Positions 1 through 5,048 of a stretch of DNA of 5,048 nt are shown here, in pieces; the first letter of the stretch is position 1; each line of letters starts with the position of its first letter. The position numbers were made by a program, and so were the translations under genes. The notes below the pieces were generated by a model. It saw nothing but the letters and a program-made list of their open reading frames with translations. It was not told the DNA's origin and searched no databases. This DNA is from a virus (taxonomy: Duplodnaviria; Heunggongvirae; Uroviricota; Caudoviricetes). Where the stretch lies: IMG/VR virus record IMGVR_UViG_2693429642_000009; one strand, 5' to 3'.

Positions 1-501
1 GATACGACCGGGAAACAGCGCCCCGTCCGTCTCGGTCGGTGTGGCCAGCACAAACGAGGCCGTCATGGCTGTCAGCTGCGACATCTGCTCCACCACCCAG
101 CGGTCACTCAGCTCCTGCTCCAGGTCCGCTTCCGGATTGCCCGCAACGAAATTCACCGCATCCAGAAAACGGGCATACACCCGGCGGCGGACCACCGTGG
201 CCCCCACCAGGCTCTGCAAATCCTCCGCCATCCCGGTGACCAGACCGAACAGATTGGACACCGTCAGCGACGGTCTGGCACTGCTGCCCCGGCCGTTCAT
301 CTCAAAACCGCTGCCGTCAATCGGGTATGCCTCATACTTACGCCCCTGCCAGGTGACCGGCTCCCCTTTTTCATTCAGCTCATTACAGAAAAAATACCGC
401 TCACCGCCCTGTACCGTCAGGTCGATTTCCCAGAGTACCACCCGCGGTGACTGCTCTGATTTAACCGACTCGTTCAGACTTTCTTCGTGAATATCCTGCA
501 T
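1..501 (-). CDS. L: Minor tail protein L (lambda gpL family), N-terminal 167 codons; the 3' end lies beyond the window start
   Basis: Manual reverse-complement translation from the ATG at 501-499 gives MQDIHEESLNESVKSEQSPRVVLWEIDLTVQGGERYFFCNELNEKGEPVTWQGRKYEAYPIDGSGFEMNGRGSSARPSLTVSNLFGL..., which closely matches my recollection of the lambda gpL N-terminus (MQDIRQETLNE...VVLWEIDL...RYFFCNE...). The frame stays open to position 1. The start overlaps the M stop as ATGA. The position immediately downstream of M matches lambda synteny. This ORF is absent from the supplied track because it is truncated by the window edge. Confidence 0.85.
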   Translation of the reverse strand, partial: MQDIHEESLNESVKSEQSPRVVLWEIDLTVQGGERYFFCNELNEKGEPVTWQGRKYEAYPIDGSGFEMNGRGSSARPSLTVSNLFGLVTGMAEDLQSLVGATVVRRRVYARFLDAVNFVAGNPEADLEQELSDRWVVEQMSQLTAMTASFVLATPTETDGALFPGRI

Positions 502-830
502 CAGTTCACCACCTGCTTAAACTCCGCGCTGAACTCAACGCGCAACATCCCGACCCGCGCAGACCACCCGGCACAGGTCACCTTTATCTGCCGGTATGCA
601 TAGGGTGGCTTCCACAAAAATGCCTTCCAGCCACCGTGCTCTGCCAGAAACGCTTCCAGATGCCGGGCCTCCTCCCGGGTCACGGAAAGCATCACCCGGT
701 ATGTTTTCAGGTCAGCATTCAGCCCTGCCGCCATACGCTGTGAGTACCCGTCACCAAAACGCACTTCACGCACCGATGGCTGCGAGTTCACCTCCATATC
801 CGGCTTCACTTTCCAGCGAAAGGTTTTCAT
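501..830 (-). CDS. M: Tail tip assembly / minor tail protein M (lambda gpM family), 109 aa
   Basis: The 109-aa ORF (MKTFRWKVKPDMEVNSQPSVREVRFGDGYSQR...LRVEFSAEFKQVVN) has the same length as lambda gpM and near-identical N- and C-termini as I recall them. It sits between H and L as in lambda. A Shine-Dalgarno-like GGGAG lies 6 nt upstream, and the start overlaps the H stop as ATGA. Confidence 0.93.
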   Translation of the reverse strand: MKTFRWKVKPDMEVNSQPSVREVRFGDGYSQRMAAGLNADLKTYRVMLSVTREEARHLEAFLAEHGGWKAFLWKPPYAYRQIKVTCAGWSARVGMLRVEFSAEFKQVVN

Positions 831-3400
831 CCACCGCTCCCTGATAACATACCGCCATCACGCAACTGCAGCCGGAGTTCATCCTGTGCCCCCTTGCGGG
901 CCATCTCATACACCGCTTTCATCAGCTGCGGCCCTGCCCGCCCGTTGGGGCCGTCGTTCTGAATCACCACGTGATTGTTCTGATTAAAATTAATGCCTTC
1001 CGCCCGCCGCATCTGCGCCGGACTTCCGGCACCGCCGACATAACCACCTTCCGCATAGCCCCGCATCAGGCGGTACAGATTGCCGACACCAATCCGGCTG
1101 GTCGCCTCCTTCGTGAAGACAAACTCCCCGCGATGAACAATCCCCGCAGGTTCATATTTACCCCCCGTCCCCGTAAATCCCCCGGTCGCGAAATGGAAGT
1201 TCGCCGCCGCAGCCTGAATGGCCGTCCCCGTGGAAGCGGATGCGCCACCACCGAAAGCACCACCAATGGCGCTGCCGATACTCCCGACAATCCCCACCAT
1301 CGCCTGCTTCAGAAAAATCTCTGTCAGCATGGAGAGCACGGAACGGGTGAAACCACGCCAGTTCTGTTCGCTGCCGGTCAGCATCGCTGCCATATTCTGT
1401 GCAATACCGTCAAAGGTCTGCGTGGCCACGCTTTTAACCTGCGAAAAACTGTCCGTCGCACTTTCCGCCCACTCGCCCCAGCCGGACTTCATCCCGGCCA
1501 TCCAGCTTCCACGAAGCTGCTCCTCCGCAGACCAGGTGTTCTTCAGTGCAGATGTGGCCTTCGCCAGCGCAGCCGGATTATCACCGTACACCTCACGAAG
1601 GCGCTGCTCTTCCGACTCCCGCTGCGCCTGACGGTCGGTGAGGCCGCGGGCTTTTGCGCTGATGGCGGCCTGCTTCGCGCTCTGCTGCTGTTCAAACCGC
1701 GCCGCCTGCTGTGCCAGCTCATTCAGCCGTTTCTGGTGTTCAACCTTGTCGCCCAGGTCAGCCAGCTGGCGTTTGTACTCCAGCGTCTCTTTCTCATGGG
1801 CCAGCAGGGATTTTTCCTGCTCAGATAACTGCCGTTTCGTGGCGGCCTCTTTCAGGACCACATACTGATTTTCCGCTTTCCATAAATCCCGGCGCTGCTG
1901 GCTGATTTTCTCATTCACACCGCTGTGTTTTTCCAGCGTCCTGAGCTCGGTTTCAAGCGCCAGCAGGGCTGCATGCGCCCGGTCTTCCTGGCGCTCACCG
2001 GCAGACACCTTCACAGCAGATGGCTTTTTCAGCGTCGACTCATAATCCTTTTTCGCCGCCGCCATCAGCGTGTTGTAATCCGCCTGCAGGATTTTTCCGT
2101 CTTTCAGGGCCTTATTCAGCTCTTCCTGCCGGGCGGTATATTTCTCCAGTGGCGTCAGCAGGCGCTCATACGCCTTCTGCGCCTCTCCGGTATACTTCAG
2201 CTGTGACGACTCACGCTCAGCCCGGTCCCTTGCCGCCAGTTCACCGGCTTTTTCCATATCCGACTGCAGCGTTGCCGCTGCCAGACCCAGACGGGCATTT
2301 TCCCGGTCATCCCATGCGCCCTGAAGGTTGGCCCGGAAAGAGGAGGTTTTACCGCGGCGCTGGCTCCGGCTCTGGTACCACTGCCATTTTTTATCCGCCT
2401 CATCAAATGCCTTCTGCGCACTGGCGAGCATATCCGCTGAGGATTCCGGACGACCGATATCCAGAATGGCATCCCACATCGATTTGAATGCCTTCCCTGT
2501 TTTATCCGCCCAGGTCTCCAGTGTTCCCATGTTTTCTTTCAGGCGACGGGTCTGCTCATCAAAGCCTTTCGTGGCGATATCGTTCGCCGCCTGCAATGCC
2601 CCGGCCTCGTCTCCGGAACGCTGCAGCTGTGCAACATACGCAATCTGCTCTGCCGTCACGTTACGGAACTGGCGCGCCATCGCCATCAGTCCCGACGTCG
2701 GGTCAGTGGTCAGCTTCCCGAAGGCTTCAGCGACTTTATCCACCTCCACACCGGATGCAGACGCAAAACGCGCGACACTCTGGTTGATGGCATCAAACTG
2801 TTCACCACCACGCACACCGGCATTCACCAGGGCTGCCAGTGACTCTCTCGCCTGGTTAAACGTCAGCCCTGCTGCCTGCCCGGCTCTTGAGAGAGTCAGC
2901 ATACGATCGGCAGTCAGTCCGGACTGATTACCGGAAAGAACCAGGGTTTTATTAAACGCTGAAAGCGTGGAATCTCCCAGGTACCAGGCGTACACCAGCG
3001 CACCTGTCGCCACCGCCAGCGAGGTGACCCCGACCATCGGCAGGGTGATCGCACCGGCGAGCCCCCTGAACATGGGGATCATCCCGCCGAAGGAGTCCTT
3101 CACCTGACCGCCCTGTTGCAGCAGGATCAGCCAGGGATTCTGACCACCGGCAAGCTGCGTGGCGATATCCGTAAACTGTGCGGGCAGGGTTCGCATGGCC
3201 GCTTTATACTGCCCGACGGAAATCCCGGCTTTTTGTGCAGCCAGCGCCTGGCGGCTCAGGCCCTGTTCAACAGCACTGGCGGTTTTTCTGGCGTCGGTAT
3301 CCAGACCTGAAAAATGACGCCTTACCCGGCTCATCTGCTCATCGAAACGGACAGCATCCAGACTCAGGTCAATAACAAGATCACCAACCGGCTGGGACAT
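827..3400 (-). CDS. H: Tail tape measure protein H (lambda gpH family), 857 aa
   Basis: The 857-aa ORF compares with 853 aa for lambda gpH. The N-terminus (MSQPVGDLVIDLSLDAVRFDEQMSRVRRHFSG...) and C-terminal third (...TQTFDGIAQNMAAMLTGSEQNWR...GGKYEPAGIVHRGEFVFTKEATSRIGVGNLYRLMRGY...) closely match gpH as I recall it. It has a long Ala/Glu/Lys/Arg/Gln-rich central region typical of tape measure proteins. A GGGAGG Shine-Dalgarno sits 8 nt upstream of the ATG. It is in the expected position between G-T and M. Confidence 0.95.
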   Translation of the reverse strand: MSQPVGDLVIDLSLDAVRFDEQMSRVRRHFSGLDTDARKTASAVEQGLSRQALAAQKAGISVGQYKAAMRTLPAQFTDIATQLAGGQNPWLILLQQGGQVKDSFGGMIPMFRGLAGAITLPMVGVTSLAVATGALVYAWYLGDSTLSAFNKTLVLSGNQSGLTADRMLTLSRAGQAAGLTFNQARESLAALVNAGVRGGEQFDAINQSVARFASASGVEVDKVAEAFGKLTTDPTSGLMAMARQFRNVTAEQIAYVAQLQRSGDEAGALQAANDIATKGFDEQTRRLKENMGTLETWADKTGKAFKSMWDAILDIGRPESSADMLASAQKAFDEADKKWQWYQSRSQRRGKTSSFRANLQGAWDDRENARLGLAAATLQSDMEKAGELAARDRAERESSQLKYTGEAQKAYERLLTPLEKYTARQEELNKALKDGKILQADYNTLMAAAKKDYESTLKKPSAVKVSAGERQEDRAHAALLALETELRTLEKHSGVNEKISQQRRDLWKAENQYVVLKEAATKRQLSEQEKSLLAHEKETLEYKRQLADLGDKVEHQKRLNELAQQAARFEQQQSAKQAAISAKARGLTDRQAQRESEEQRLREVYGDNPAALAKATSALKNTWSAEEQLRGSWMAGMKSGWGEWAESATDSFSQVKSVATQTFDGIAQNMAAMLTGSEQNWRGFTRSVLSMLTEIFLKQAMVGIVGSIGSAIGGAFGGGASASTGTAIQAAAANFHFATGGFTGTGGKYEPAGIVHRGEFVFTKEATSRIGVGNLYRLMRGYAEGGYVGGAGSPAQMRRAEGINFNQNNHVVIQNDGPNGRAGPQLMKAVYEMARKGAQDELRLQLRDGGMLSGSGG
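837..841 (-). promoter_or_regulatory. Shine-Dalgarno-like GGGAG for M, inside the 3' end of H
   Basis: The minus strand reads GGGAG, then CGGTGG, then ATG (830-828). This is consistent with translational coupling to H through the ATGA overlap. Confidence 0.45.
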
Positions 3401-4252
3401 ATCTCACACCTCCCGGAATCCCCGCTGAAGCCATCATTAATGCGGCATCATCCACCATGACATCCGCCACATCCGCAGACGATAAAATATCGCGCCCTCC
3501 GTCCCCACCGAACCGGACGCCTCCGGCAAGTCCTGCCGCTTTCTGCATCAGCATGTCTTCCTCATCCGGCATCTCCGTCTGCGCTTCCTCTCGCCGGGGA
3601 GCCAGCAGACTGAAATCAGAGGGATGCATATCCGGATCGCAAAAAAACAGGCTGAGTACAGCGTACGTCAGCCCGGAAAAATGCATATCCAGCTGGGTAT
3701 CCTGAAAATAATGCGTGCGGTAAAAACGGTGCCAGTCGGCATATTCGGTGGATGTCATCCCGGCAAGCATGGCGCGCCAGTCGGGTCTCCCCATCTCACG
3801 CGCCAGTCTGAGGGCAAAGTTCAGCTCGCCGTCGAAGACTTTCCCGCAGAAAAATCATCATCAGTCAGCGTGTTATTTTTCGCCACTTCAGTAATATCAG
3901 TATCCGGACGAACAGCTTCGATCATCCCGGACAGGCACAACACCACGTCTTCCGCCCGGGCAATGGCATCGGCAGGCCAGGTGGTGAGCACTTCCTGCTC
4001 TATCTTCATCACGGCCTCATTCATTGACGGTGACCCCGTTTTCTGCGGATGGTTATGCCACAGGGACATCGCCACCAGAAACGCGCCGGTTCTGACGAGA
4101 TCTTCCACGCTTACCTGCAGGTTGCCGCTGGATTCTGCCTGTTCTGCACGCCGTTTCAGGAGGGCAAGATGCTCGATACGCTGCAGCGCAGACAATTCGG
4201 AAAGCGTGACAGACACACCGTTATATTCAAATTGTTCTGTTTTCAGAAACAT
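3381..4252 (-). CDS. GT: Tail assembly chaperone G-T fusion made by a programmed -1 ribosomal frameshift (about 290 aa: G residues 1-138, then 152 residues in the -1 frame)
   Basis: A slippery heptamer G_GGA_AAG lies on the minus strand (plus coordinates 3839-3845), five codons before the G stop. The -1 frame is open from that site (GKVFDGELNFALRLAREMGRPDWRAML...) to a TGA at 3381-3383. The track's 137-aa ORF 3381..3794 is the downstream part of this frame. The arrangement is the same as the lambda G/GT frameshift. Confidence 0.8.
3409..3414 (-). promoter_or_regulatory. Shine-Dalgarno (GGGAGG) for H
   Basis: The minus strand reads GGGAGG followed by an 8-nt spacer (TGTGAGAT) and the H start ATG at 3400-3398. 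The site lies inside the 3' end of the G-T coding frame. Confidence 0.6.
3821..4252 (-). CDS. G: Tail assembly chaperone G (lambda gpG family), 143 aa
   Basis: The ORF (MFLKTEQFEYNGVSVTLSELSALQRIEHLALLKRRAEQAES...SLWHNHPQKT...SAGKSSTAS) closely matches lambda gpG (140 aa) as I recall it. A GGAGG Shine-Dalgarno sits 6 nt upstream of the ATG. It lies immediately downstream of V on the minus strand, as in lambda. Confidence 0.92.
   Translation of the reverse strand: MFLKTEQFEYNGVSVTLSELSALQRIEHLALLKRRAEQAESSGNLQVSVEDLVRTGAFLVAMSLWHNHPQKTGSPSMNEAVMKIEQEVLTTWPADAIARAEDVVLCLSGMIEAVRPDTDITEVAKNNTLTDDDFSAGKSSTAS
3839..3845 (-). promoter_or_regulatory. Programmed -1 ribosomal frameshift slippery heptamer GGGAAAG (X_XXY_YYZ) for G -> G-T
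   Basis: The plus strand reads ctttccc at 3839-3845, so the minus strand reads G GGA AAG in the G frame (codons Gly137-Lys138). This is the same heptamer used in lambda G/T. The -1 frame downstream is open for 152 codons. Confidence 0.75.
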
Positions 4253-4258
4253 GTATTA

Positions 4259-4263
4259 CCTCC
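4259..4263 (-). promoter_or_regulatory. Shine-Dalgarno (GGAGG) for G
   Basis: The minus strand reads GGAGG, then TAATAC, then ATG (4252-4250). The site lies in the 13-nt V-G intergenic gap. Confidence 0.6.
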
Positions 4264-4265
4264 GT

Positions 4266-5018
4266 TTACCCTGCAGCGCCCGCTTCAGTAACGGTGACTT
4301 CAGCCACTGCGGCGAACTGACCATTTCCGCTCACCACAGGGATCTGCACCTTACCTGTCGCCACGCCGTTTACCGTAATTGTCATATCTTTCACACTAAT
4401 GGTGGCTTTCGACGGATCGGCGGAAACCGCTCTGAACGTCTTGTCGGTTGCACTTTCCGGCTCAAAAGAAACCGTCAGGGTGGTTGTTTTCCCTTTTGCC
4501 ACCGTACCGGATGTAGGCGTCACCTTAATCGCACTGACCGGCGTAATTTTGCTGCGTTCTTCCGCTACAGAAGGTTTACCCACGTTAGTGACTTTCACCG
4601 TGCGGGTGATCACTTCTTTCGCCGTCACGGCCTTACCGATACTGCTGACCCAGCCACGAAACACATCCACCGTGCCATTCGGAAAACGGATTTTATAGGC
4701 CCGGACATCCCCGCTTTCAAACCAGCCTATAAGCCCTTTCTGACCTTCTTCTCCCGGTTTCCTGGCCAGCGTAAAACTGGTATCTCCTGCAGACTTCTGC
4801 CCCTGCCCGGTCGCGCTCCAGTCCGCGTCTTCATCATCCAGGTAGTTATCATCGTAGGGTTCTGCCGTCATCTTGCCCGGCGTCAGATCCTTCACCTTAG
4901 CCAGTCGCTGCCAGTCATCGTCTGACAACGGGTTTGCATAGGCGTCACCCTGACCGTTATAAACCCACAGGGTGGTACCGGCACCTTTTACCGGCTCAAG
5001 GGGATTTGGTGTTGACAT
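4266..5018 (-). CDS. V: Major tail tube protein V (lambda gpV family), 250 aa, with a C-terminal Ig-like (Big_2-type) domain
   Basis: The ORF ([48 protein letters not shown]...[40 protein letters not shown]...[39 protein letters not shown]) closely matches lambda gpV (246 aa) as I recall it. A GAGGA Shine-Dalgarno sits 4 nt upstream of the ATG at 5018-5016. The stop TAA is at 4266-4268. Confidence 0.95.
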   Translation of the reverse strand: MSTPNPLEPVKGAGTTLWVYNGQGDAYANPLSDDDWQRLAKVKDLTPGKMTAEPYDDNYLDDEDADWSATGQGQKSAGDTSFTLARKPGEEGQKGLIGWFESGDVRAYKIRFPNGTVDVFRGWVSSIGKAVTAKEVITRTVKVTNVGKPSVAEERSKITPVSAIKVTPTSGTVAKGKTTTLTVSFEPESATDKTFRAVSADPSKATISVKDMTITVNGVATGKVQIPVVSGNGQFAAVAEVTVTEAGAAG

Positions 5019-5022
5019 ATCG

Positions 5023-5027
5023 TCCTC
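5023..5027 (-). promoter_or_regulatory. Shine-Dalgarno (GAGGA) for V, overlapping the U stop codon
   Basis: The minus strand reads ATG TGA GGA CGAT ATG. GAGGA sits 4 nt upstream of the V start and overlaps the TGA that ends the putative U frame. Confidence 0.5.
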
Positions 5028-5048
5028 ACATCTCGTATGTAATGGAAT
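5026..5048 (-). CDS. U: Tail terminator protein U (lambda gpU family), last 6 codons plus stop only; the 5' end lies beyond the window end
   Basis: The minus-strand frame ending at TGA (5026-5028) translates ...SITYEM*, matching the lambda gpU C-terminus (...ITYEM) as I recall it. The stop overlaps the V Shine-Dalgarno, as expected for U immediately upstream of V. The fragment is very short, so the call rests on synteny plus a 6-residue match. Confidence 0.45.

Noticed and set aside
41-490. Plus-strand ORFs of 149 aa (41..490) and 66 aa (39..239) at the window start
   Set aside because: They are antisense to the well-supported L N-terminal coding region. The translations are Ser/Pro/Arg-rich low-complexity sequence.
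596-844. An 82-aa plus-strand ORF overlapping M
   Set aside because: It is antisense to M, a conserved 109-aa protein with the same length as its lambda homologue. It has Pro/Ser/Ala-rich composition and no start context.
971-1828. A 285-aa ORF on the plus strand (with nested or overlapping plus-strand ORFs at 1218..1631, 1638..1868 and 1711..1905)
   Set aside because: It is antisense to the conserved C-terminal half of the tape measure gene H. The translation is Arg/Leu/Pro-rich with no recognisable family. It is most likely a shadow ORF.
1925-2927. Plus-strand ORFs of 93-199 aa (1925..2206, 2020..2487, 2328..2927, 2488..2787) and minus-strand alternate-frame ORFs inside H (2197..2472, 1066..1290)
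   Set aside because: All lie wholly inside H, antisense or in alternate frames. They have biased Arg/Pro/Ser composition typical of out-of-frame translation of a GC-rich gene, and there is no independent support.
3116-3375. Plus-strand ORFs of 64-65 aa (3116..3310, 3178..3375) and an 82-aa ORF (3457..3705)
   Set aside because: They are antisense to H or the G-T frame and short, with no ribosome-binding site and no recognisable motif.
3381-3794. Calling T as an independent Met-initiated 137-aa gene
   Set aside because: The frame is open well upstream of this Met through the GGGAAAG slippery site in G, and there is no Shine-Dalgarno in front of the ATG at 3794. The biologically supported product is the G-T frameshift fusion, not a separate T protein.
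3624-4925. A 433-aa ORF on the plus strand spanning the G-T, G and V regions
   Set aside because: It is entirely antisense to three well-supported, lambda-homologous genes. Its translation is Arg/Cys/His-rich low-complexity sequence with no recognisable domain and no convincing ribosome-binding site. Long antisense ORFs are expected by chance opposite GC-rich, codon-biased genes.
1-5048. A search for CRISPR repeats, tRNA or other RNA genes, insertion sequence ends, promoters, intrinsic terminators or an inserted moron or defence cassette
   Set aside because: By eye there are no direct repeat arrays, no inverted-repeat termini, and no GC-rich hairpin followed by a U-run in intergenic positions. 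Non-coding space is limited to a 13-nt V-G gap and the 4-nt spacer upstream of V, so there is no room for an accessory cargo gene in this window.

Overview
The whole window is one tightly packed block of a lambda-like (lambdoid siphovirus) tail morphogenesis operon, all encoded on the minus strand. Reading 5'->3' on that strand (high to low coordinates) it contains the last codons of the tail terminator U, the major tail tube protein V, the tail assembly chaperone G with its -1 frameshift extension G-T, the tape measure protein H, the tail tip protein M, and the first 167 codons of L, which runs off the window start. Gene order, sizes and protein sequences match phage lambda genes U-V-G-T-H-M-L closely, though the sequence is clearly diverged, so this is most likely a lambdoid prophage or phage of an Enterobacteriaceae host. 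Coding density is about 99%, with overlapping stop/start codons and no room for morons, internal promoters, terminators, RNA genes, CRISPR arrays or mobile elements. I do not see an undescribed system here. The points worth follow-up are the conserved programmed frameshift site, the translationally coupled junctions, an apparently mosaic central segment of the tape measure protein, and the Ig-like C-terminal domain of V. All plus-strand ORFs in the track are antisense to these genes and are judged spurious.
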